Source of the DNA: Squalus acanthias
Lineage: Eukaryota
DNA: 64,000 nucleotides
Assembly: GCA_030390025.1 (NCBI GenBank)
Contig: CM059431.1
Location: 158,908,001-158,972,000, forward strand
Reading direction: 5' to 3'
Shown: one piece after another, positions 37,327 through 49,100 of the stretch
How positions within the stretch are numbered: the first letter of the stretch is position 1
Layout of the letters: each line of letters opens with the position of its first letter
Translations under genes and position numbers: made by a program
Notes under the pieces: model-generated
What the model saw: the letters and a program-made list of their open reading frames with translations, nothing else
What the model was told of the DNA's origin: nothing
The model's database searches: none

Positions 37327-37404
37327 CACTGTTCCACTAATATTAACACTTATGAATAATATTATGAATCATGTAACTTTAAACAGTGAGATGATGCACA
37401 ACAT
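37327..37404 (-). pseudogene. Leader-like exon copy 2 with in-frame stop: MLCIISLFKVT*FIILFISVNISGTV
   Basis: Colinear with 19-96; GGA>TGA at 37371-37369; consensus donor GTG|gtaagt. Confidence 0.5.
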
Positions 37405-37444
37405 TGATTTCTGGAATATAATTAGGGGTCTGACAATCTAAGAA

Positions 37445-37660
37445 TTGGCCATTAATATACAAGTGGTAGATTTAACTGCTGTTTTACAATCACAATTCTC
37501 CACTTGTGCGCGTGTCTCGCTGTGTGTGTTCACACACGCGCGTCCAATCAAACTTTCAGTCAGCGTACTTTCCTTTCCCCACTGGGGAAATATAGTTTCA
37601 GTCTCGGATCAGTAATTTCTCCAAAATATAGTTGAAGTTATTTTGCGAAATTAATTTAGA
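37445..37660 (-). promoter_or_regulatory. Putative IRF/ISRE promoter upstream of leader exon copy 2
   Basis: AGTTTCAGTCTC at 37594-37605 and ACTTTCCTTTC at 37567-37577 (GAAAGGAAAGT on minus); paralog of 140-350. Confidence 0.42.
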
Positions 37661-38839
37661 ACTAAGTTTGAGACATTGTAAAACTCAGTTATCTGCTGTT
37701 TCATACCTAGTATAATAAAGACATAAGCCACATAAGTCACAACAACAACTTACATTTCCACAGCTTGAGTGGAGCACAAACGCCGGCATGGTCTGGTTGG
37801 GCGGAATCGCCTGTTCTTTGAGGTATCTCCTACGTAACCGCATGTAATTCACATTTCGCTCTCCATACTTTTCCCGCATCGTACCCTACTTCATCCGGGC
37901 ATCTGCCTACTACATTGTTTGTTAATTCTGCCTCCCCATGCTTCACTAACTCCTTATGGTTCACATGTATTTCGTTATTCCCTCTATTCCCCCCGCCCAC
38001 AAAGATACTTCCTCTTGACGTTGCTCACTTAACCGGCATCCTGCTGTGATTTACCTGAAATTAATTTATCAGATAATAAAATAGTTATCTTCCCTTTATT
38101 CGCAGGGATGTTGCGTTGTCAGTTTACGGGGGCGTCCGACTCGAAACCCATCGATTGATGAATGTTACATTCATTTATTTCCCTTAACTCCAAGATCAAG
38201 CGGGTGCTCAAAAGTACAAGACATACCACTGAACAGCGAAAGGAAACGGTGATCGGGTTAACAAGTGAATTGGAAATATTGTGAACTCAATTGCAATCAC
38301 ACTAATTTTTGTGGATATCATTACACCGAGTAATAAGGAAATAATTATGGGAAATCAGTTTGCGATATGAATAGAAAATAATCACGCAGTCATCAATAAT
38401 TTAGCCAATGCATAACTGTAGCTGGTATAATTAAAGAACTGATAGTACATCACTATAAAACTCAGAGGGATTTGCGGGAGTCGGGTCGGAGAAAGGCGTG
38501 AGAGGTATCTCTATTAATAAAGACAAAACCTCATCATCAACAACTTGCATTTGTACGACGTCTTTAAAGTGGAAAATAAAGGAGTTTTACTGAAGCAAGA
38601 ACGCACACATCCGGGACAACGAAAATGATAATAAGGGTTCAAGAAGATGTAGATGAATTGCAGTCAAAAAAGTAGGTTTTTGAGCATAAGTTTAATGATT
38701 GCCAGGGGACGTAGAGGTGGATAGTTTAGGGAGAGAATAACAAAGTGAGTAGTATATTTCTTTTACTCCACCAAAAATGCAACTGGTTATTTCACTATTT
38801 GTATTTCCTGCATCATTACTGTCGGCGGTGCAATCTTAC

Positions 38840-38968
38840 CGCGATTTTTCTGGTTTGGCCAACAACACGTCACCAGAACTCCTACTGCTCCCAGCAGTAT
38901 TGCAACTGAGACTGCAACCGTGACGATTATCTTGCCTTGTTCGTCCATTATTGCAGTATCGTCAATCT
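38840..38968 (-). CDS. Intact transmembrane exon of a type-I membrane (probably Ig-superfamily) protein: (E)IDDTAIMDEQGKIIVTVAVSVAILLGAVGVLVTCCWPNQKNR
   Basis: 129 nt, phase 1-1, acceptor ..tcatttacag|, donor CGCG|gtaaga, about 23 consecutive apolar residues, juxtamembrane Cys-Cys and basic residues. Confidence 0.72.
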
Positions 38969-39070
38969 CTGTAAATGATAGAATATGTTTGAGATTTATT
39001 TTTCAAATATTCATTGACAGTCCAAATAGTCTCAAACAATTCGGAAAGCTGCTGTTATTTCATAACACTC

Positions 39071-41078
39071 AGAGAAAAAAAGACTCTAAGAGAAAGATGA
39101 ACCATCCGTGAATATGTAAGAAAGTAAAGGATGGTGTCAACTTGAGAATAAAAGCATATAATGTTGCGAAGAATAGTGGAAGGGCAAGGATTGGAAATGT
39201 TTAAAAACCAGCAAAGGATGACTAAAAAATGATAAAGAGAGAGAAGATAGCTTATGAGAGTAAGCTAGCAAGAAATATAAAAACAGACAGTAAGAACTTC
39301 TACAGGTATATAAAAAGGAAGAGTGTACCTAAAGTAACGTTAGTCCCCCAGAGGAAGAGTCTGGGGAATTAATAATGGGAAACAGATGAATGGCAGAAAT
39401 ATTGAACAAATATTTTGTATCGGTCTTCACGGTACAAGACACTAAAAGCTTTCCAATAATGGTTAATCAAGGGGCAATTGGGTTAGGGGGGACTTCAAAC
39501 AATCAATGTCACTAGAAATTACTAGGCAAATTAATGGAACTAAATTTGGACAGCCCCCCTGGTCCCGATAGCCCGCATGCTAGAGTCTTAAAAGAGGTGG
39601 CTGCAGACATAGTGGATGCATTGGTTGTAATCTACCAACATTCCCTTGGTTCTGGAGAGGTCACAGCGGACTGGAAAACCGCAAATGTAACGCCCCTATT
39701 TAAGAAGGAAGGAGCCAGAAAGCAGGCAACTATCGACCAGTTACTTAATATCTGTCATTGTGAAAATGCTGGAGTCCATCATTAAGGAAGTGGTAGCAGG
39801 AAATTTAGAAAATCGTAATATAGTCAAGCAGAGTCAGTATGGTTTTATGAAAGGGAAATTATTTTTGACAAATTTGCTGGAGTTCTTTGAGGATATAATG
39901 AGCAGGGTGGATAAAGGGGAACCAGCAGATGTGTATTTGGATTTTCATAAGGCATTCGATAAGGTACCACATAAAAGGTTCCTACACAAGATAAGAGCTC
40001 ACGGGGTTGGAGGTAATAAATTAGCATGGATAGATGATTGGCTAAAAAACAGAAAAAAGAGAGTCGGGATAAATGGGTCATTTTCAGGTTGGCAAACTGT
40101 AACTAGTGGGGTGCCGCAGGGATCAGTGCTTGGGCCTGAACTATTTACAATCTATATTAATAACTTGGATGATGGGTCTGAGTGTAATGCAACCAAATTT
40201 GCTGATGATACAATGATAGGTGGGAAAGCAAGTTGTGTGGAGGAGGCAAAGAATTTCCAAAGGGGTATAGATAGGCTAAGTGAGTGGGCAGGAATCTGGC
40301 AGATGGAGTATAATGTGGGAAAATGCGAGGTTATCCACTTTGGTAGGACATTTAAAAAAAAAAAAATATTTAAATGGGGAGAGATTACAAAATGCTGAGG
40401 TACAGAGGTATCTGGGGGTCCTTGTACATGAATCACAAAATGTTATCATGCAGGTACAGCAAGTAATTACGATGGAAAATGGAATGTTGGACTTTATGCA
40501 AAGGGAATGGAGTATAAAAGTAGGGAAGTCCTTTTACAACTGTAGAGGGCGTTGGTGAGACCACACCTGGAGTACTGTGTACAGTCTTGGTCTCCTTATT
40601 TAAGGAAGGATATACTTGCATTGGAAGCAGTTCAGAGAGGGTTCACGAGGCTGATTCCGGAGAGGAAGTGGTTGTCTTATGAAAAACAGGTTCAGCAGGT
40701 TGGGCCTATGCTCATTGGAGTTTAGAATAATGAGAGCGGACTCATTGAAACATATAACAATTCTGAAGGGGGAATCTAGAACTAGGGGCATAATTTCAGA
40801 CTAAGGGGGCACCCTTTTAAAACGGAAATGAGGAGGAATTTCTTCTTCCAGAGAGTCGTGAATCTTTGGAATTCTCTGCCGCAGAGAGCTGTTAATGACA
40901 ATATTTAAGGTGGAGACAGACAGATTTTTGAAAGGTAAGGGAGTCAATGGTTATGGGGAGCGGGCAGGGAAGTGATGCCAAGATGAGATTAGCCATGATC
41001 TTATTGAATATCGGTGCAGGCTCGAGGGGCCAAATGAGCTACTCCTGCTCCGACGTCTTATGTACTTATGTTATGTTC
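39071..41078 (+). mobile_element. CR1 LINE ORF2 3' part
   Basis: ORFs 39534-39785 and 39760-40398 ([29 protein letters not shown]); (CTTATG)-type tail near 41057-41078. Confidence 0.93.
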
Positions 41079-41084
41079 TTCCGT

Positions 41085-41323
41085 TTATCGTTTGTCTACC
41101 TCATTATTCAGTTTACATTTTGATCTCCTCTGCTGTTTTCACCGTTTTTCTTTGTCAGGTGACCTTAACTTTGTGGATTTCTGCACTTTGCCTGAATAAC
41201 GTGCATATAAAGTATGCACAAGAGATTTATCAGAGAAGAATGTGTGCCACGGTTGGGCTGACTGTGCATTGGGTGATCTTCTGTTAGTTCACCAAATGAC
41301 CGCGACACATAACACTGGACAAC
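41085..41323 (-). pseudogene. Decayed Ig V-set exon fragment (B7/nectin/CD200-like), cut off by the CR1 element
   Basis: Acceptor ..atattacag| at 41326-41324; one frame reads KITQCTVSPTVAHILL**ISCAYFICTLFRQSAEIHKVKVT*QRK with B-strand Cys (41205-41203) and TGA at the C-strand Trp position 16 codons later. Confidence 0.45.
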
Positions 41324-41451
41324 CTGTAATATATTCAAGTCTATACATGTTCAGACATCGCCATTTAGTCCTGCTTCTGGGCTTTGATTCGTTACGATTT
41401 TCCTATTCTAATGTTAATCTGAACAAATTGGCTGCTGTATTTGCTTACTTG

Positions 41452-41469
41452 TGCCACCAGGCGGCGCTG
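41452..41469 (+). promoter_or_regulatory. CTCF-like site
   Basis: TGCCACCAGGCGGCGCTG versus core consensus CCACCAGGGGGCGC (1 mismatch), in non-repeat DNA. Confidence 0.5.
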
Positions 41470-42460
41470 CTTAGCACCAGAAGCTGCTTTTTCCCAATTG
41501 ACGGGCCAAATTTATCAGTGGGCATGACGGGGTACACTGAGAGTACACTGTCATACCGCCTTTGAAAATGACCACAAGTTCGCGTTTTCCGCATGCGCTT
41601 CAATAGGCGCTAAATACCGAACTTGTGATGCCTTAACAGATGATTTGCAACAACGCGGAAATACTCATCCTGGAATAGTGTTGGGCTAATTGCCACTAAC
41701 TGCCCGGCAATTACGTATGAAGATTTTACTGTTGGTGTAAGCAGTTGCAGGAGCCTGTTTCACTGTGAAAGGGATCCAGTTGTGTTGAATATTGAGAACA
41801 ATCAGCGGATATAGTTGCAAGCAATAAAACTTTAACCCTAAAACGTGCACAATATTCAAATTGTTCCGTGAGTTTAAATAAAATTGAAGTGATACTGTTA
41901 CCAAAATACCACCCACAGAAACAAACAACATGTACCGAACACATACCACTTGAAATAACCTAAGAATTAAAGGTTTTTTTTTCCGCAGAGAAGTAGGCTG
42001 AATGTGGTCGCTCCACCGATTTCACAGAGCCTCTGAAATGATTAGTAATCGTTCTGGTATAACTTTACAATAAAATACATGTCTCTAGTGGCAACATTTA
42101 GAAATATTAATAATAAAAAAAATATGACAGTTAATATTTAAAATGATCAATGTTTTCTGCACTCCAAATGTATGATCAAGAACTGGGCATCTGACAAAGA
42201 TCATTTATACTTCCTCCAAATGTATGAAATAAAACCATTTTCCTATTTAATTATTTTATATAATACATTTAAAGCTGCCCCACAGCTGGTGTGCTAGGTG
42301 CATGGTGTATAGTAAATCAAAAGGTGCATTGCCAACGCCTTTTTGTGCTGCTGAATCCCAATCCATCGGAAAGTTACTGCGACATTTTAATATTTTTTTC
42401 ACTAATAGACATTTGACAGGATATTAAATGCTAGCCTTAGAAGAATAAAAAAAAAATTAC

Positions 42461-42571
42461 CTGATTTACATAAACTATTTACACATCCGGAATTTGAAAG
42501 CCGGGATGGTGAAGTAAAGCACCAGCTATTCTTTGGGCTGGCAAAACACTCTGCAACGCTCTTCAATGTTC
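42461..42571 (-). CDS. Candidate 111-nt phase 1-1 exon: (G)TLKSVAECFASPKNSWCFTSPSRLSNSGCVNSLCKS
   Basis: Pyrimidine tract with GAG acceptor (weak), donor TCAG|gtaatt, only the phase-1 frame is open. Confidence 0.35.
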
Positions 42572-42974
42572 CTCAGAGCAAATAAGAAAAGGAACAAGAT
42601 TCTTAGTATAAAATACAAATAACTTAAAGTTTAATAAAAATCCCAAGTGATAGACACTGTTATAAACTCAATAGAAGTTTGAACAGATAAACTATCTATT
42701 TCAATTTAGTAAATATTTAAATTATTATTACCCCCTGACGGTCAAAGGACGAAAATGTTTCGATTGACCTCAAATTATAATTTGTTTCATTCAAGTGGAA
42801 ATCAGATGCCAAAATATTATTGGTATTTTGTTACATAATCGTACCAAAATGCTGATATATTAAATATGTCCAAGTACCAGTTTAATTAAAAGTATTAAAT
42901 TATAATTTCAATGGAAGGATCTGCAGGAAGTTTCTGTGGGTGTGGCTTAGATGTGACAAATTATGTGGGCGTGT

Positions 42975-44915
42975 CATAGTCATAGAGTCATAGAGTTATA
43001 CAGCACAGAAAGAGGCCGGCCATCAAGCCCTGTCTGTTCTAATCCCATTTTCCAAGACTTGGTCCGTAGCATTGTGTGCTATGGCGTTTCAAATGCTCAT
43101 CTAAATGCTACTTGAATGTTGTGAGGGTTCCTGCATCTGCCACCCTTTCCGGGAGTGAGTTCCAGATTCCAACCACGCTCTGGGTGAAAAGGTTTTTCCT
43201 CAAATCCTCTCTAAACCTCCTGCCCCTTAGCTTGAAACTATGTCCCTGGTGATTGACCCCTCTGCTAAGGGGGGAAATTTCATTTCTATCGACCATATCC
43301 AAGCCCCTCATAATGTTGTACACCTCAATCTGGTCCCCACTCAGCCTTCTGTGCTCTAAGGAAAACAACCCCAGCCTGTCCAGTCTCTCTTCATAGCTGA
43401 AGCGCTCAAGCCCAAGTGACATCCTGGTGAATCTCCTCTGCACCCTCTACTTTGCAATCACATAATTTCTATAGTGTGGCGACCAGAACTGCACTCAGTA
43501 TTCCAGCTGTGGACGAATTAGCATTTTGTACAGCTCCATCATAACTTCCCTGCTCTTATATTCTATGCCTCGGCTAATGAAGGCAAGTATCCCATATGCC
43601 TTCGTAACGTCCTTATCTACCTGTCCTGCTGCCTTCAGGGATCTATGTAGATGCACACCAAGGTCCCTCTGATGCTCTGTCCTTCCAAAGGTCCTACCAT
43701 TCATTGTGTATTCCCTTGCCTTGTTAGACCTCCCAAAATACATCACCTCACACTGTTCAGTGTTAAATTCCATTTGCCACTGTTCTGCCCATCTGAGCAA
43801 CCTGTCTATATCGTCCGGTAGCCTGAGGCTTCCCTCGCGCTATTTACCACTCCACCAATGTTCGTGTCATCTGCGAACTTACTGATCATACCTCCTACAT
43901 TCATACCTAAATCATCAATGTGCACTACAAACAGCAAGAGACCCAGCACCGATCACCCGCGGTACACCACTGGACACGCGTATCCAGTCACAAAAACAAT
44001 CTTCGACCATCACCCTCTGCCTTCTGCCATTAAGCCAATTTTGGATCCAATGTGCCAAATTGCCCTGGATCTCATGGGTTATCACCTTCTTGACCCATCT
44101 CCCATGCGGGACCTTGTCAAAAGCCTTACCGAAGTACATGTAGACGACATCAACTGCACTACCCTCATCCACACACCTAATCACAACCTCGAAAAGTTCA
44201 ATCAAATTGGTCAGACATGATCTCTCCCTGAAAAGCCATGCAGACTGTCCTTGACTAAACCTTGCCGCTCCAAGTGGATACTAATTCTGTCCCTCAGAAT
44301 TGTTTCCAATAATTTCCCGATGACTGATGTTAGGCACAATGGCCTGTAATTCCCTGGTTTATCCTTACTACCCTTCTTGAATAATGGTACTACGTTAGCT
44401 GTCATCCAGTCCTCTGGCACGTCCTCTGTGGCCAGAGAGGTTCAGAAAATTTGTGTCATAGCCCCTGCAATCTCCTCCCTTTCCTCACAAAGCAGCCTCG
44501 GATACATCTCGTCTTGGCCCTGGGGATTTATCCACTTTTATGTCAGCTAAAACCGCTCGTACCTCCACCCTCTCAATGCTAATGTGTTCAAGTATATCCC
44601 AATCCGCCTTCCTGATCTCTATGCCTACATCGTCCTTCTCCATAGTGAACACAGCTGCAAAATATTCATTTAAAAATTCACCTACATCTCCCGGCTCTAC
44701 ACACAGATTGCCACTTTCGTCCCTAATTGGCCCTACTCTTTCCCTGGTTATCCTCTTGCCCTTAATGTACTATCAAAACAACTTCGACTTTTCACTTTTT
44801 TTCCCTGCCAGTGTTTTTTCATGCCCCCTCTTCGCTCTCCTAATTTATTTTTAATGTACCCCCCTGCACTTTCTGTACTCCTCTAGGGCTTCCACTGTTT
44901 TTAGTCCTTTGTATC
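42975..44915 (-). mobile_element. HER1/CR1 LINE, 5'-truncated
   Basis: ORFs 44211-44420, 43915-44205, 43495-43800, 43108-43443; (CTCTATGA)n tail at 42975-43000. Confidence 0.93.
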
Positions 44916-45930
44916 TGGAGGGGAACGGGTGAGAGCAGAAGTGCGAGAAATAGAACGGACACAGTCAAGAGCTGTGTCAACTACAGTAGAGGGGAATCCT
45001 CGGTTGAGGAAAAAGGAAGACATGTCGGAAACATTTCTTTAGAAGGTGGCATCGTTAGAGCGGATGCGGTGGAGATGGAAAAACTGGGAGAATAGAATAG
45101 AGTACTTACAGGAAGCGGGGTGGGAGTCAGTGGGCTTATAGTGAATGTTTGTCGAAAGCTTATCCCCATAGATGAATACAGCGAAGTCGAGGAAGGGAAG
45201 GGCGGAGTCGGAGATGGAGCATGTGAAGGTGAGGTAAGGGTGGAAATTGGTAGCAAAGTGAGTGAAATGTTCTAGTTCAGGGCGAGAGCAGGAAACAGCT
45301 CCAATACAGTCATCAATGTACCAGAAAAAGAGGTGAGGGAAGAGACCTGTGTAGGACTGGAACAACGAATGTTCCACATACCCCACGAAAAGGCAGGAAT
45401 AGCTAGGACCCATGCGGGTTCCTATCGCATCAACTTTAATTTGGAGGAAGTGAGTGGAGTCAAAGGAGAAGTTTTTCAATTTGAGAACACGTTCAGCCAG
45501 GCGAAGGAGGGTGTTGGTGGAAGGGGACTGGTTCGGCTTTTGTTCAAGGAAGAAGCAGAGCGCCCTCAGGCCATCCTTGTGGGGGATGGAGGTGTAGAGG
45601 GATTGGACGTCCATAATGAAATGGAGACGGTTGGGGCCACGAAACTGGAAACAGCTAAAGTGGTGGAGGGCGTCGGAAGAGTTGCGGATATAAGTGGGAA
45701 GAGACTGGACAAGGGGAGAAAAAATAGAGTAGAGATAGGAAGAGATAAGTTCCGTGGGACAAAAACAGGCTGTAACGATGGGTTGTGGATATTAGGAAGG
45801 AGGTAGAAACGTGCTGTGTGGGGTTGGGGAACTATGATGTTGGCGGCCATGGAGGGAAGATCTGCAGAGGAGATGTGGTCAGTGACAGTCTTGGAAACGG
45901 TGGCTTGATGTTTGGTAGTGGGGTCATGGA
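44916..45930 (-). mobile_element. Penelope-like element RT core fragment
   Basis: ORF 45039-45614 (MDVQSLYTSIPH, GTRMGPSY, YIDD, LPFLD); FYLLPNIH in ORF 45566-45850. Confidence 0.92.
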
Positions 45931-46179
45931 TGGGTATCCTGGCACCAATCGTTGAAGGTGGCAGAACAGTATGAGAAAGCAGTTAAAATGCTTACCGGAT
46001 CCTGGGCTTCATGAATTGAGGTATCGAGAACAAAAGCATGGAATTTATGATGAACCAGAATAAAACACTGGTTCGGCCTCAACTGCGGTATTGTGTCCAG
46101 TTCTGGGCACCGTACTTTAGGAAGGATGTGATGGCCTTAGAGAGGGTGCAGAAAAGATTTACGAGAATGATTCCAGGGA

Positions 46180-49100
46180 CGCTCAGAGCGTCGGCGGGAG
46201 TTTCAAAGGCGGCAGTGGGCCTATAAAAGGCTCCAGAGACCAGGTAAGGCCTCAGAGCGTCGGCGGGAGTTTCACCGGCGGCAGTGGGCCTATAAAAAAC
46301 TCCAGAGACTAGGTAAGGCCTCAGAGCGTCGGCGAGAGTTTCAGCGGCGGCAGTGGGCCTATAAAAGGCTTCAGAGACCAGGTAAGGCCTCAGAGCGTCG
46401 GCGGGAGTTTCAGCGGCGGCAGTGGGCCTATAAAAGGCTCCAGAGACCAGGTAAGGCCTGAGAGCGTCGGCGGGAGTTTCAGCGGCGGCAGTGGGCCTAT
46501 AAAAGGCTCCAGAGACCAGGTAAGGCGTACCAGTCTCCGAACTCAGAGGGGAAAATAATCGAAGTGTGACGTCACCAAAAAACACGTAAGTGATTGGTTG
46601 GTGAGTATTTCTCTCTTTTTAAGCTTAAATTCTGTGGTGTTAAATTTCTAGGGTCTCTGTGGTGTAGTGGGGACAGTTGGTAAATAAAGTGCCCTAGAGT
46701 ATATCTGTAACTGGGTTATTGAATACATTTTTAATTTAATTAAGGGAGTAGGTCATGGCAGGTGAGATCAGCCCCGTGTTATGCTCCTCTTGCTCCATGT
46801 GGGAATTCAGGGACGCTGCCAGTGTCCCTGGGGACCACGTGAGGGAGAAATGCATCCAGCTGCAGCTACTTGTAGACCGCATTGCGGCGCTCGAGCTGCG
46901 GGTTGATGAGTTTTGGAGCATACGCGATGCTGAGAGGGTCCTGGATAGCACGTTTAATGAGTTGGTCACGCCGCAGGGTAGGGCTGCACAGGCAGAAGGG
47001 GAATGTGTGACCATCAGGCGGAGCAGCAGAGGCAGGCAGGGAGTACAGGGAACCCCTGCGGTCATCCCCCTTTCAAACAGGTATACCGATTCGGATACTG
47101 TTGAGGGGGATGACTCACCAGCGGAGAGCGGCAGCAGCCAACTTCCTGGCACCAGGGTTGCTTCTGCTGCTCAGAAAGGGAGGAAAAACAGTGGGAGAGC
47201 AATAGTGGTAGTGGAATCTATCGTAAGGGGAACAGATAGGCGTTTCTGTGGCCGTAAAAGTGACTCCAGGATGGTTTGTTGCCTCCCTCGGCCAGGTTCA
47301 TGGATGTCACTGAGCGGCTACAGGGCATCCTTAAGAGGGAGGGTGAGCAGGCAGAGGTCGTGGTTCACATTGTGAACAACGGCATAGGTGGGAAAGGGGA
47401 TGAGGTCCTGCATCAAGAATTTAGGGAGCTAGGCAGCAGATTAAAGAGCAGCACCTCAAAGTTTGTAATCGCTGGATTACTCCCAGTGCCACGTGCTAGT
47501 GAGTACAGTAATAGGAGGATAGAACAGATGAATGCGTGGCTAAAGAGTTGGTGCAGCAGGGAGGGTTTTAGTTTCCTGGATCACTGGGCCTGCTTCTGGG
47601 GAAGGTGGGACTTGTACAAGTCGGACGGTTAGCACCTGAACCAGAGTGGGACAAATAGCCTTGCGGGGAGGTTTGCTAGCACTGTTGGGGGGCGGGGGGG
47701 GGGGGTTAACTAACTTGGCAGGGGGATGGGATTCAGAGTGGAGCTACAATAGGGGGTGAGGTACAGTCAAATATAGAGAAAAAAACAAGTCAGCTTGGAA
47801 GACAGGGCAAACATGTAAGAGCAAGGCTGGAAGGCATCTATTTTAATGCAAGGATTCTAGCGAATAAGGCGGATGAACTGAAGGTGTTGATAAACACATG
47901 GGAGTATGATATTGTTGCTATCACGGAGACATGTTTGAGGAAGGGCCAAGACTGGCAGCTCAATATTCCGGGGGACAGAATCTTCAGGCGAGACAGAGGG
48001 GGTTGTATAAGAGGAGGGGGTGTCGCAATATTAATTAAGGAATCAATGACAGGAATAAGGAGGGACGCTTTATTAGCAGGTTCCTCCAATGAGGCTATAT
48101 GGGTGTAGCTTAAAAACAAAAAGGGGGCAAGCACTTTGCTGGGAGCGTACTATAGGCCCCCAAACATTCAGTAGGAGATAGAGGAACAGATATGCAGGCA
48201 AATCTCAGAGAAATGTGCAAATTATATGGTAATAACAATGGGGAATTTCAACTTCCCCAATATTAACTGGGATAGTCAGAGTGTGAAAGGCTGAGAGGAT
48301 TCAAAATTCTTAAAGTGCATCACGGAGAGCTTTTTGAGCCAGCATGTAGAAAGTCCTACAAGAGAGGGGGCAGTACTGGACCTAATTCTAGGGAATGTGG
48401 CCGGCCAAGTGGAAGAAGTGCTAGTAGGTGAGCACTTTGGTGACAGTGACCATAATACGGTGAGATTTAAGGTGGTCATGGAAAAGGACAGGGATGGGCC
48501 GGAAATAAAGGTTCTAAATTGGGGGAAGGCCGATTTTAATAGGATAAGGCAGGTTCTGGCCAAAAGGGACTGGGATCAGCTGCTTGTAGGAAAATCCAAA
48601 TCCGGGCAATGGGATTATTTCAGAAGGGAAATTGAGATCATACAATGGCAGCATGTTCCCGTAAAGGTCAACGGTGGTTCCAAAAACCGCAGAGAACCTT
48701 GGATGTCAGGGGATATACGAGAGTGGATCAGGAAAAAAAGTAGGGCTTTTGGCAGATACAAAATGCTAAAGATGGAGGAAGCACTAGAGGAGTACAAAAA
48801 GTGCAGGGGGATTCTTAAAAAAGAAATAAGGAGATCAAAGAGGGGCCATGAAATAACACTGGCGAGCAAAATAAAGAAAAATCCTAAGATGGTTTATAAG
48901 TATATTAAGGGTAAGAGGATAACTAGGGAAAAATAGGGCCCATTAGGGACAAAAGTGGCAATCTGTGTGTGGAGCCGGATGATTTAGGTGGGGTTCTAAC
49001 TGAATTTTTTGCATCTGTTTTCACTATGGAGAAGGACGATGCAGACATAAATTTAGGGCAGGGGGACTGTGATATACTCGAACATTTTTACATCGAGAGG

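Noticed and set aside
38228..38330. Minus-strand donor GTG|gtatgt with DCN*VHNISNSLVNPITVSF, possibly another Ig C-domain end or cytoplasmic exon
   Set aside because: No clear acceptor, stops in the relevant frames, motif too weak.
38400..38510. Plus-strand CCAAT and TATAAAA promoter-like arrangement
   Set aside because: No downstream plus-strand exon; such motifs are common in AT-rich DNA.
42461..42571. Resemblance of the Cys-rich exon plus TM exon to the PSI-domain protein PTTG1IP
   Set aside because: Several PSI cysteines are missing; similarity too weak to name a gene.
46079..46585. 168-aa antisense ORF with 23-aa repeats (possible ORF0 analogue)
   Set aside because: Follows from 69 being a multiple of 3, has no ATG start, and runs into the host CR1.
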